Notes: a model not told the origin generated them from the letters alone. A stretch of DNA of 42,019 bases from a virus (IMGVR_UViG_3300028812_000008:1-42019); one strand, 5' to 3'; numbered from the stretch's first letter, positions 25,629-34,763 are shown. Program-made: numbers and translations.

Positions 25629-27376
25629 CAGTTCTCCGTGTGGTCGAAGGGTCCCGGCGTCGTCTTCTGCGTCTGCGTCGCGGCCGGGAGCTCCGGCCAC
25701 TTGTACTCTCGCCATCCACGGGCGGCCGCGAACATCTCGCGACATCGCTCGAGCGACGGGAAGAGGAAGATCATGATGCGATCGGTCGCTCCGGCCTTCT
25801 CGTAGACTTGCTTGTCGCCGACCTCGGGAAGCTCGCGCGTGATGAAATTGTGGAACGACCGAGTGCCTCGCACGCGTCGCTCCTTCGCCGTCTCCATGTA
25901 TCTCACGTAGTCGGCGTAGAGGTCCTTCTTCGCGACCTTGACCCATCCGTGCTCGCGGTCGTCGAACCATCGACCGCTCTCCAGCTTGTGGAGGAGCCAC
26001 TCGAGCTCGAGCGCGAGGTTGAACTCCTGCTGCTCCCTCAGCGCGCGCGTCTGAGGGACAGCGGTGACGTCGAACTCGGACAGATCTACCAGCATCAGGT
26101 GGTGGAGTAGGTTCGCCACGCCTCCCATCCGCTGGTCGTCGAGGATCGGGCCGAAGTACGACCGCGACTGGCGCACGCGATCGCTGACGCGGAGCACGAG
26201 GAAGCGTCGCTCGTGGTCGCCGGCCGGAACGACCTGCTCCTCGTTCGACGTCATGATGAGGTGCGCGTAGTTGCGGAGCTGGATTCGGTCGAATCCCTTC
26301 GGCTCCACCGACATCTTCTTGCCCGTGATGAACTCCTTCAGGACGGACGCGTGTCGCTTGTCGCGCATGTGGAAGGCCTCCTCGGCGACGACGAGGATGC
26401 ACTTCGCGAGGTGAGCGTTGAACTTGCCCGTGAGTGCGTTGACGTCCGAGACCGTGTGTCGGTGCGGCTCGAAGATCTGCCCGAAGAAGTCGCAGAAGAT
26501 GCTCTTGCCGGTGCCTCGAGTGCCGAGGAGAACGAGCGCGACCATGGACGGCGTCCGCGGGAACTGAACCACACGGGCCATCCAGCGCTCGACGTAGCGG
26601 AAGCACTCCTCGTCACCGTCGCAGATGATGTCGCGCACGTGATCCAGGAAGCGCAGATGCCTGTCACCGGGCGTCGGCATGACGGAGAAGCCCGACCACG
26701 CGTTGACGTGATCGGGCACCTCGAGTCCAGGCTCGAAGACGTATCCGGAGTATTCGCGCCGTCGAGGATGCGAGGTCCAGTAGTCGAACGCCGAGATCTC
26801 CTTGACCTTGCCGGTCTTCGTCTCCGAGATCATCTTCGGGAAGTTCTTGATGCGGTCGCGGAACTCCCGCATCGTCTGGATGACCGGCTCCATCTTTCCC
26901 GTGTCGACGTTGAGCGCTCCCTGCTCGACCAGGATGCCGACCTTGCCTCCGTACGACTTGATGACGGCGAACTGCTCATTCATCTCGGCGAGCATCGGGT
27001 TCTCGGCCTTGTCGCGAGCGCGCTCGACCTGTCGCTTCGCGTACCTCGTGACGCCGGAGCCCTTGTCGAGCACCGACGACGAGATGAGGTAGCGACTGTC
27101 TGTGATGACGCCGAGGATCACCTCGTCGCTGAGGCCCTCCCTCACCATCTCGCAGCAGACGTGGAAGAGCGCGTCGCTTCGGCTCTGCCATCGCTCCGGC
27201 TTCTCCGGGTCGTAGCCCTGAGCGATGAGGACCTTGAGACGGTCGTCGATCTTCAGGTGATCCAGCGACTCGACTCGGACGACGTTGTCACTGACTCGTC
27301 GAGTCGTCGAGGTGTTCGACTGGACGACTGGAGTCGCCATGAACGTTGAGTACGGATATGACCGGAGCTTGCTCAG
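25628..27376 (-). CDS. primase C-terminal helical domain plus SF3 (NrS-1/DUF5906-like) helicase; start CTG 27376 or ATG 27340
   Basis: SRSDA helical domain, Walker A GTRGTGKS, GKFN.HL, VAEE, LIMTSN, ERRF. Confidence 0.85.
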   Translation of the reverse strand: MSKLRSYPYSTFMATPVVQSNTSTTRRVSDNVVRVESLDHLKIDDRLKVLIAQGYDPEKPERWQSRSDALFHVCCEMVREGLSDEVILGVITDSRYLISSSVLDKGSGVTRYAKRQVERARDKAENPMLAEMNEQFAVIKSYGGKVGILVEQGALNVDTGKMEPVIQTMREFRDRIKNFPKMISETKTGKVKEISAFDYWTSHPRRREYSGYVFEPGLEVPDHVNAWSGFSVMPTPGDRHLRFLDHVRDIICDGDEECFRYVERWMARVVQFPRTPSMVALVLLGTRGTGKSIFCDFFGQIFEPHRHTVSDVNALTGKFNAHLAKCILVVAEEAFHMRDKRHASVLKEFITGKKMSVEPKGFDRIQLRNYAHLIMTSNEEQVVPAGDHERRFLVLRVSDRVRQSRSYFGPILDDQRMGGVANLLHHLMLVDLSEFDVTAVPQTRALREQQEFNLALELEWLLHKLESGRWFDDREHGWVKVAKKDLYADYVRYMETAKERRVRGTRSFHNFITRELPEVGDKQVYEKAGATDRIMIFLFPSLERCREMFAAARGWREYKWPELPAATQTQKTTPGPFDHTEN

Positions 27377-27739
27377 ATGGAGTCTCCGTAGTTGACTGAA
27401 CCAGGGTAGCGAACGTAGACGATGCCCGAGATGCTGATGGTTCGCATCTTCTTCATCTCGTTGACTCTTCGCAGAAGTTGTCTGCGAGCGCGGTAGAGGC
27501 GATTTCTGCGGCGCTCTTGCCCGATGTGCGGGATCTCCAGATCGGGATCGTCGAGTCCGCCGAACTCGACGAGACCCCACGTTCGCCAGTTGGCGACGGC
27601 GCGACGAATCTCCGCTCGAGCCTCACGCGAGCGGAGCTTCTCTGTGCGCGAAGAAGATCGCGACGGGTCTGCGAGGACCTGTCTCTGCCGGAGAGGCGAG
27701 ACGCTGCTCGCTCCTCGACAGCGTAGGAGGCGTATGGTC

Positions 27740-27991
27740 TCACCGATGCCTCCGTCGCATCGCCTCGCGAAGTCGCTCGCTCGCACGCCGCATTGGGAAT
27801 CGCTCGACCTCCGCGTCGACTCGGTCCTCGAAGAGTCCAACATGGAATCGAGTCGCAGGGTCTTCGCACGATCGACCGTTTACGCAGAGCTGCATGACGA
27901 GACCCTCGCTCGCGATGTAACACGCGAGCTGAAACTCGTCGTATGGGATGCCCAACTCTTCGCTGAGGAGTGGTCGGTCGTCTCTACTCAC
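27740..27991 (-). CDS. hypothetical protein
   Basis: GTGA-coupled ORF VSRDDRPLLSEELGIPYDEF... Confidence 0.55.
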   Translation of the reverse strand: MSRDDRPLLSEELGIPYDEFQLACYIASEGLVMQLCVNGRSCEDPATRFHVGLFEDRVDAEVERFPMRRASERLREAMRRRHR

Positions 27992-28803
27992 CGACCGACC
28001 CTCACCACGGGCGCGTCGTAGATCTCGATGTCGTCGCCGAACTTTCTCGGCGGAAACGTGAGGGCTATCCATCGCCACCACAGACCGAAGCTGACGGCGG
28101 CGAGCACCATCCTCGCGTCGTCCTGTCGCTGCGCGTCGAGCGCGCGGATCTGGCCGGTCTGGAAGCTGATCTTCAGCTCCTGGTCGCTGAGGCGCTTCGT
28201 GAGCTGGTCGATCGCCGTTCGCAACTTCGCCGTGGAGTTCTCGACTGCGACCTCGTGCGTGATCAGCTCGTCGAGGACCTCGGTCGCGCTGAGCCTCGGC
28301 TCCTCGAAGACCTCGGAGCCGCGTCGCTCCTCAGTCGCGTCGACGACGAAATACTTCCAGTAGTTCTTCGTATGCGAGTCGATCATCGACGTCTCGGTGA
28401 AGACGCCGGACGGACCCAGCGGCTTCCAGCCTCTCACCTTCGCGAGAGTGTCGATCTTGTCCTGCTCTGAGTCCTGCGCTCCGGCTCCATGGTTGTAGCG
28501 ACTGACATACGGCTCGCCGATCCTCATCTCCTGAGGAGTCTTGATGCGATACCGACGAGGTTCGACGATCACCGGTCCCATGACCTCGTTCCAGTCCTCG
28601 AGACGGACGTCGACGTCTTCGCGAACCTCGTACTCCGGGATGTCCCATCGCGCCGTGGTCAGTCGGTACTGGAGACCGCCAGTGTTGCGATTCGACGCGA
28701 AGTTCCACTGCCTCGGCTTCTCGCCGGCTCGACGACGAAACTCGAAGAACTCGGCGGGAGTTATGTTCGCCACCTCGACGCCGTCTGCGTTCTCCTTCCT
28801 CAC
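27988..28803 (-). CDS. hypothetical protein with coiled coil and C-terminal hydrophobic segment
   Basis: 271 aa from GTG 28803 coupled to the primase stop. Confidence 0.65.
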   Translation of the reverse strand: MRKENADGVEVANITPAEFFEFRRRAGEKPRQWNFASNRNTGGLQYRLTTARWDIPEYEVREDVDVRLEDWNEVMGPVIVEPRRYRIKTPQEMRIGEPYVSRYNHGAGAQDSEQDKIDTLAKVRGWKPLGPSGVFTETSMIDSHTKNYWKYFVVDATEERRGSEVFEEPRLSATEVLDELITHEVAVENSTAKLRTAIDQLTKRLSDQELKISFQTGQIRALDAQRQDDARMVLAAVSFGLWWRWIALTFPPRKFGDDIEIYDAPVVRVGR

Positions 28804-29462
28804 TCTTCGCTCTCTTTCTCTGGTTCCCAGTTGACCTTCACCACACGGGCGAGCGCGATGGTGCGACCCTTCGCGATCTTCTCCGCGTTCGGTCGGTTCA
28901 GCGTGCCCGGTAGTCGCAGGATGCGGGAGACGTCGCGGCAATGATCGGGCGTGGAGAAGTCGAGCTCGAACTGCCAGTTGCGACGCTCGACGTCGACGGC
29001 GCGAGCCACGATCTCGTCCTTCGTTCCTCCACCGTCGGCGACGGGGATCGGCTCGAGCAGCTTCCACAGAGCGTTGTATCCACCGCCCGAGAACACGACG
29101 ACCGTCGGCTCGATGCGATAGGTCAGGAGCTGCTCGAGGATCCTCCTCTGCTCCGACTCGACGTCCTCGCCGGCTCGCGGGTCAACGTCGACGTGGAGGT
29201 AGTGGACTCGCGCCACCTCGACCTTCTCGCACTTCTTCAGGTCGCGCGCCTCCTGCGTCGGCGGGTTCACCGAGTAGTAGAGGTTCCGCTTCTCGTAGAG
29301 CTGGAGCCACTTGATCGCCTCGTCCTCGTCCTCCGGACCGAACGTGCGCGAGTCGATGGCCTTCTTGTCGACGGAGATCGCCGTCAGCTTCCACGGGCCC
29401 TCTGGATAGATGAGGGCGAGGAAGCTGAGGGACGCCGCGAAGTCGCTGCGGAGCTCGTTCAC
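28800..29462 (-). CDS. RepB-like (AEP) DNA primase catalytic domain
   Basis: NLYYSVN, LHVDVD, SGGGY.ALW.L, DVSRILRLPGT.N. Confidence 0.85.
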   Translation of the reverse strand: MNELRSDFAASLSFLALIYPEGPWKLTAISVDKKAIDSRTFGPEDEDEAIKWLQLYEKRNLYYSVNPPTQEARDLKKCEKVEVARVHYLHVDVDPRAGEDVESEQRRILEQLLTYRIEPTVVVFSGGGYNALWKLLEPIPVADGGGTKDEIVARAVDVERRNWQFELDFSTPDHCRDVSRILRLPGTLNRPNAEKIAKGRTIALARVVKVNWEPEKESEE

Positions 29463-29662
29463 TCTTCCTCCATCGCATCGGCGTACGCCTGATAGAGACG
29501 TCCAGAGTTGACGCCAGTGATGGCGCCGTCTCCCCATCTCGAGTCAAGAGCTCTCTTGATCGCCGCACGGAGTTTTCTCTCGAGCGAGACCAGTCGAATC
29601 ACCGCGTCACGGTCGCCGAGAAGAGCCTTCTGCTCTAGCTCGTGAAGTTCTTGGTCCGTCAC
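29459..29662 (-). CDS. hypothetical protein
   Basis: 67-aa coupled ORF. Confidence 0.6.
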   Translation of the reverse strand: MTDQELHELEQKALLGDRDAVIRLVSLERKLRAAIKRALDSRWGDGAITGVNSGRLYQAYADAMEEE

Positions 29663-29916
29663 AGGAGACCCATCTCCCTGAGCAGCTTCTCGACGTCGTC
29701 ACACTGCTGACGCATCGAGCGAAGCAGCTCGGTGGCGACGCGAGCCTCGAGCGCTCGCCCGCCGGCCAGAGGCGCCGAGTCCACGGCGGAGGCGACGAGG
29801 ACGGGAACGCTCGTCGCCGACGCGCCGACGGGAGCGTGAACGTCAATCACGACCTTCTTCGAGCCGTCGCGCGTCGTAGCCGTGACGACGACGGTCGGCC
29901 AATACTTGTCGCTCAC
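29659..29916 (-). CDS. hypothetical protein
   Basis: 85-aa coupled ORF. Confidence 0.6.
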   Translation of the reverse strand: MSDKYWPTVVVTATTRDGSKKVVIDVHAPVGASATSVPVLVASAVDSAPLAGGRALEARVATELLRSMRQQCDDVEKLLREMGLL

Positions 29917-30305
29917 GTGGTCTCCGGAAGGAGTGGACGGACCTCGACGGCCTCCACGTCGATGACGCCGAGGTCAGTCAGCAGGCTCGCGAGAACCGCG
30001 GCGTGGCAGCCGAGCGCCTCCTTCTCGCTCGAGTGTCGCCACTGACCTCCGGCGTGCTCACCCTCACCGAGTACCATGGTCTCCCACAGGATCGGAGGAC
30101 CCTCACCGCCGAAGTCATGATTCATGGCGAGGAAGATCGTCGACACGAGGTATCCCTCGACTCGGTCGTGTCGACAGATCTGCTTCCCAGCCATCATCAT
30201 GCTCTCATGCCAGACGGCCCACTCCATGAACGGCCCGGTGTGAGGAATAGCCTGCCGATCTCCCGGAGGAGCGGTCAGGTCGATCTTGTAGTAATAGTCA
30301 CGCAT
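29913..30305 (-). CDS. conserved phage hypothetical protein
   Basis: VSTIFL..NH.FG..GPPILWETMV...EA..CH pattern; GGAGG SD. Confidence 0.7.
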   Translation of the reverse strand: MRDYYYKIDLTAPPGDRQAIPHTGPFMEWAVWHESMMMAGKQICRHDRVEGYLVSTIFLAMNHDFGGEGPPILWETMVLGEGEHAGGQWRHSSEKEALGCHAAVLASLLTDLGVIDVEAVEVRPLLPETT

Positions 30306-30308
30306 TCG

Positions 30309-30365
30309 GCCTCCAGACGGGAGTCGAACCCGTCTCCGCTATACTAGCCGGTACCAACTAGAGGC
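30309..30365 (-). ncRNA. 57-nt minimal tRNA-like element (acceptor-like stem plus T-arm)
   Basis: GCCTCTAG pairs with CTGGAGGC; T-arm ACGGG-TTCGACT-CCCGT; only a small hairpin between them. Confidence 0.5.
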
Positions 30366-30440
30366 TGACACTGTCGACGTTGATCGGGGACGTCGGTTCC
30401 CGTGTCACGGTGCTCTACGTCGCGGGGGCGACGGAGCTAG

Positions 30441-30833
30441 CTACTTCAGCGCCTCCTCCCGAGGCTGACAGATCTCACCCTTCTTGCCGCGCTTCCCGCA
30501 GACGCAGAGATACGTCTTCTGGTCGAGCCCCTCGCCGATGTCGATCTTCTGCTCCTGGTCGACGTCCCTCTTGAAGTCGAAGAGCGGCTTCGCCACGACC
30601 CTCACCTTCTTGCGAGCGGGGTAGCCGCACGAGGGCGAGTCGCAGACGGCGCAGACGTCGTACTCCTGCTCCGGTCCCGCCCCGTCGGCGAGCAGCGACT
30701 CGAAGCAGACGACCTTCTGCGTGACCTCCGGGTGAGGAGGAAGGTCGATCGGAGCCTGAGTCGGCAGCTCCTCCTTCCTCTGGGTCTGCTCCTGAAAGAT
30801 GGACTGACGCTTCTTCTGCTCTTGCTCGGACAT
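30441..30833 (-). CDS. Cys-containing hypothetical protein
   Basis: 130 aa; CAVC....C and CVC....C; GGAGG SD. Confidence 0.65.
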   Translation of the reverse strand: MSEQEQKKRQSIFQEQTQRKEELPTQAPIDLPPHPEVTQKVVCFESLLADGAGPEQEYDVCAVCDSPSCGYPARKKVRVVAKPLFDFKRDVDQEQKIDIGEGLDQKTYLCVCGKRGKKGEICQPREEALK

Positions 30834-30834
30834 C

Positions 30835-32883
30835 TCAGTTCCCTCCCTGCGCGTTCGCGTCGAGGACGACGGTCACCTCGCCCCGCTCGATCGCGGCCCG
30901 AGCCTCGGCGATCGCGTAGGAGTGGTCGACTCCCTGGAGATCGCGGACGATCTGGTCGGCGGCCCACGTGACGTCGTCGCGCGTGAGGCCGTCGCGCTTG
31001 CACCCTCCGGTCTCGCGACGGATCGCCGCAGTGGTCGCGTAGTCCACGAGGCCGGCGACGGTCGCGCCGGAGACGTGGAAGGCGAGAGGCACCGGACCGA
31101 CCATCCGCTCCTCGTCGCAGAGGCGACTGACCGCGTAGTCGGCGACGTCCTCGTACGTCGGCACGCGGCGGAGGTGTACGTCGAGGATCTGGCGCGTCTG
31201 CTCGCGGTTCGGCCGCGACACTCGAGCCTTCCGGTCGACGCGGCCCGGACGAACGACCGCGGGGTCGATCATCTCGGGTCGGTTCGTGGCGACGATGATC
31301 AGCGCCGACGACGACTCCATGCCGTCCATCTCGGCGAGGAACATCGGGACGATGGTCGCCTCCATCCCCATGTTCGGCCTCGAGCCGCGACGCCCGAGGA
31401 GAGCGTCGGCCTCGTCGATGAAGATCGTTCCGGGGTATCCGTACTCGGCCTTGTGACGCCGAGCCGCAGCGAAGAGCTCCCGGACGTTGTACTCCGACTC
31501 GCCGACGAACTTGCTGAGCAGCTCCGGTCCCTTCACGTACTGGAAGCCGCGAGCCTGCTCGTGCCCGTGAGCTCGAGCGATCGCCGACGCGGCGGCGCGA
31601 CCGAGCAGAGTCTTCCCGTTACCGGGCGCTCCGTGGAGCAGGATCCCGTTGACCGGCTTCTTGCCGTAGCGAGCGAACATCTCGGGATGCTCGTACGGGA
31701 GCTCGATGGCCTCGCGGAGGACGGCCTTCGCCTCGTCGCATCCGCCGACGTCGTCCCACCGAACGTCGACGACGCTCTCGAGCGAGGTCACCTGCTTCGG
31801 CTTGCCGAGGTTCTGGACGACCATCTTGGTCGTCTCGTCGACGAGCAGGCGATCCCCCTCCTCGACGGCGACCAGGGTGCGAAGCATCCCGGAGAGCGCT
31901 CCGCCGACCTCGACGGTTCCTCCAGCCTCGGCGACTCCGGCCGACGTGAGGATCGGCCCGGTGTGGCTCAGCGCGTCCTTCGGCAGGACCTTGAGGACCT
32001 GCATCGTCTGGGCGACGAGGACGACGCGGTCGCCGGTGACCACGTCCGGGTGACGCTTGACGTCGACCGTCTGCGCTCCGTTGGTGATGACCATGCGATC
32101 CTCGTACGTCGAGAGGACGCTGCCGATCGGGTTCGACTGCTCCTGGACGCGCTCGAGGATGCCGTTCAGGCGCTCCAGGCGATCCTGAGCGACCCGACGC
32201 TCGCGTCCCTCGTCCTCGAGCTGACGCTCAAGCGTGCGAACCTGATCACGGTACTCGTACTCATACATTCCCATCTTCGTGCTCTCCTTTTCTCTGTTCG
32301 GGTAGCCGACGACTTCGTTCCTGAAGTATCGCCGGTCGTCGTTGCCGAGTCCCGTCATCATGTCGAGGAACTCCCTCTCCCTCGCGTTCGGGGGACGCTG
32401 ATCCTTGACGTTGACGCTCATCTGTCCGCCGTACCTCTGCTCGAGGTCGGCCAGACCCTCGCTGACGCGACGCTGGAGCTCCCTGAGGAAGACCTCCGGC
32501 GGATAGCGCCGAGCTTGACCCTCGACGCGAAGCTCGCTCTCCTCGAACCACACGCGGATGTTGCCTCCGTCCTCGCGGACGAACGCCTCCACGACGTCGC
32601 GGGTTCGCTGGAACATCGCGTCTGCGATCTCGCGGTCTCTGTCGTCTCGGCTCATCTTGAGTCGCTCCATCGTCTGGAGGCCTGCGGTTGTCACGACGTA
32701 CTCTGGGTCACGCTCGTCGGCGCGACGGCCGCGCCCGAGCGTTCGCCACACGCGCGACGGTGGAGGGTCGTCCGCGATCTGGACGACCCCACGCTTCTCC
32801 TTCGGCGGACGAAGGTCCTCTGGTCGCCGCTCCTGGAACGGAACGGCTCTGCCGAAGCGATCGCGATCGCCTCTCTTGGTCAT
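30835..32883 (-). CDS. AAA+ ATPase, proteasomal ARC/Mpa/PAN-like (coiled coil, OB-like region, AAA)
   Basis: WDDVGG, GAPGNGKT, VKGPELLSKFVGESE, IFIDEAD, LAEMDG, ATNRPEMIDPAVVRPGR.DRK. Confidence 0.85.
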   Translation of the reverse strand: MTKRGDRDRFGRAVPFQERRPEDLRPPKEKRGVVQIADDPPPSRVWRTLGRGRRADERDPEYVVTTAGLQTMERLKMSRDDRDREIADAMFQRTRDVVEAFVREDGGNIRVWFEESELRVEGQARRYPPEVFLRELQRRVSEGLADLEQRYGGQMSVNVKDQRPPNAREREFLDMMTGLGNDDRRYFRNEVVGYPNREKESTKMGMYEYEYRDQVRTLERQLEDEGRERRVAQDRLERLNGILERVQEQSNPIGSVLSTYEDRMVITNGAQTVDVKRHPDVVTGDRVVLVAQTMQVLKVLPKDALSHTGPILTSAGVAEAGGTVEVGGALSGMLRTLVAVEEGDRLLVDETTKMVVQNLGKPKQVTSLESVVDVRWDDVGGCDEAKAVLREAIELPYEHPEMFARYGKKPVNGILLHGAPGNGKTLLGRAAASAIARAHGHEQARGFQYVKGPELLSKFVGESEYNVRELFAAARRHKAEYGYPGTIFIDEADALLGRRGSRPNMGMEATIVPMFLAEMDGMESSSALIIVATNRPEMIDPAVVRPGRVDRKARVSRPNREQTRQILDVHLRRVPTYEDVADYAVSRLCDEERMVGPVPLAFHVSGATVAGLVDYATTAAIRRETGGCKRDGLTRDDVTWAADQIVRDLQGVDHSYAIAEARAAIERGEVTVVLDANAQGGN

Positions 32884-32927
32884 GGCTCACTCCTTTTCTT
32901 GGGTCACACCCCGGACCCGGAAACACC

Positions 32928-32967
32928 ATACTACCACGTTGCCCGGTTGCAGCCAACCGTGACGAGC
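32928..32967 (-). promoter_or_regulatory. sigma70-type promoter of the AAA ATPase transcription unit
   Basis: TTGGCT-N17-TAGTAT with TGG extension; upstream GCTCGTCAC box; spacer contains ACCGGGCAACGTGGT. Confidence 0.65.
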
Positions 32968-33186
32968 AGAAAATTTAGAACTTTCTGTTTCGTGGAGCGT
33001 CGCTCAATGTTCCGCTGATCGTCGAGTCGAGCAGGATCTTCGAGCCGGCGCGAACCTCACCACGGGCCGACGGCGATCCGGCGATCACGCGAGCCCGTGG
33101 TTCGTCGAGAAGGCGAAGCCATCGCACCTCGTCGCGCGTCAGCTCCACCTGTCGTCGGTCGTCTCTCCACAGATGCCGAGCCACGA

Positions 33187-33462
33187 CTACACCGGGTCTT
33201 CGTCGACGAGTGGACACTCGACGCATCCGTCGTCGCCGCACTGCGGATACTCGCACTCCTGCGTGGCCGTGACGACGATCGGCAGATGAGGCATCGTTAT
33301 GACTCGCATCTCCGGAACGCGGATCGGGTCGACGATGAAGCCGTCGTCGCTGCGACGCTCGTATCCGGGCGGATACGTTCCCCGCATCAGGTGACGAACC
33401 CACAGCGCGAGCGCGATCGTCAACCAGAGACACATCAGCACGACGTCGGCCGTGCTCGTCAC
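33187..33462 (-). CDS. membrane protein with C-terminal Cys cluster
   Basis: N-terminal TM helix; C..C....C..C. Confidence 0.55.
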   Translation of the reverse strand: MTSTADVVLMCLWLTIALALWVRHLMRGTYPPGYERRSDDGFIVDPIRVPEMRVITMPHLPIVVTATQECEYPQCGDDGCVECPLVDEDPV

Positions 33463-33665
33463 GCGACCTCTGCCTGCTCGGGCTGCTTCTGCTCGCGGTC
33501 GAGTCGCTGACGGATCGCCTCGCGGATCCACTGCGACGCTCGAACGTTCTCGTCGTTGCACTTCTCGAGCACCGCGAGATACATCTCGTCAGTCAGCAGA
33601 ACCTGGACCTCACGTCTCAGCTTCTCACTGACAGGCTTGAACCTTCTGTCCTCGTAGTCCGACAT
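33459..33665 (-). CDS. ribbon-helix-helix (CopG/Arc-like) regulator
   Basis: EVQVLLTDEMYLAVLEKC...NVRASQWIREAIRQRL; first gene after promoter 33717-33746. Confidence 0.72.
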   Translation of the reverse strand: MSDYEDRRFKPVSEKLRREVQVLLTDEMYLAVLEKCNDENVRASQWIREAIRQRLDREQKQPEQAEVA

Positions 33666-33716
33666 GATCGTACCGCTTTCAGCGATGCGAGGCTGATTCT
33701 TCCCCGTTGAGATCGC

Positions 33717-33746
33717 ACTATACCACACCACGTTGCCCGGTGGCAA
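33717..33746 (-). promoter_or_regulatory. sigma70-type promoter initiating the left arm
   Basis: TTGCCA-N18-TATAGT with TGG extension. Confidence 0.72.
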
Positions 33747-34235
33747 CGAGGGACTGAGGCGACTTCGCTCATTTCTGAATCGTGACCCAGACTTCTGGGG
33801 AATTTGGTACTCCGCGCCGATGCTCCACAGGGTTAGTTCAGCGCCCGTGTGAATCGGGACGAGTGAGAGTTCTCCCATCGACGATTCCGTCACGATGGTT
33901 TCTAACGTGATAGTTGGGCGTTCTGCTCGCAGAATCAACTCAACAGAGGAACGAAGTTCCCGGGGCACACTAACTATTGTTAGCCCTACCCTTCTTTTTA
34001 TAGAGAGAGAATGAGATATATATAAAAACTCGAGGTGGGGTGGGCCGTACTCGTAGCTAGCCTGTTCCCGTGGTTTCATTCTTGCTATCGCGTGAGCGCG
34101 CGTTCCTTAGATCCGCATCTACTTACTCACGGGCACTCCCGGGCAACATGGTTGTTCGAAAGACATTGCGGACTTGAAAATATCGCTTGTAGTGGGGCAT
34201 CTCCCGAGGCATCATTGGCGCACAGCACGAACCAT

Positions 34236-34763
34236 ATGGCGTCACCAGTCGGGGTCAGAACGCGATACGTCGCATTCGAAGGTCTGGAGAACGAGGAGCA
34301 GTGCTCCAAGTATCTCGCGGCTCTTCGTGAGACGGGGGCGTACATCAGCGCGGCAGAGGTCATCAATTGCAATCCGCGCGAGATCGCCGACTACAGGAAG
34401 CGTGAGCCCGAGTTCGCCGAGATGTGCAAGGCGATGCTCGAGCACTTCGGCGCAGCGATCGTCGCCGTCGCTCGCGAGCGAGTGATGAACGGATGGGAGA
34501 ATCCGGTCGTCGGCGGTCGCAACCGCGACGAGATCGTCGCTCACACGAAGCACTACAGCGACTCACTGACGCTCGCCTTCCTCAAGAAGGTCGATCCCGA
34601 CTTCCGGGACAAGAGCGAGGTGAAGGTCGAGGCGACCGGAAGCATCAACACGTTCGACTACTCCAAGTATTCTCGTCGCGTTCGCGACCAGCTCCGTCTC
34701 CTGGCTCAGATGATCAAGGAAGACGAAGAGGCGGTCGCGCGAGGCGAGAAGCTCGAGATGTGA
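34236..34763 (+). CDS. terS: terminase small subunit
   Basis: YL.AL..TG....AA HTH-like start, R...P.FA, A.ER...G....V, YSD.L...LK...P.FR; directly precedes TerL. Confidence 0.8.
   Translation: MASPVGVRTRYVAFEGLENEEQCSKYLAALRETGAYISAAEVINCNPREIADYRKREPEFAEMCKAMLEHFGAAIVAVARERVMNGWENPVVGGRNRDEIVAHTKHYSDSLTLAFLKKVDPDFRDKSEVKVEATGSINTFDYSKYSRRVRDQLRLLAQMIKEDEEAVARGEKLEM

Noticed and set aside
27377-28799. Self-splicing intron or mobile element interrupting the primase
   Set aside because: No group I/II core, homing endonuclease, transposase or terminal repeats recognised; filled with normally coupled ORFs; joining at the shared GTCAACT does not restore the frame
30922-33018. Long plus-strand ORFs opposite real genes (also 1079-2284, 2683-4344, 17016-18311, 23870-25114)
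   Set aside because: Mirror frames of motif-bearing minus-strand genes; no SD, coupling or recognisable domains
33666-34079. N-terminal extension of ORF 33459..34079, and similarly the extension of 34035..34763 upstream of 34236
   Set aside because: These extensions cross promoter and AT-rich non-coding DNA; recognisable domains start at ATG 33665 and ATG 34236
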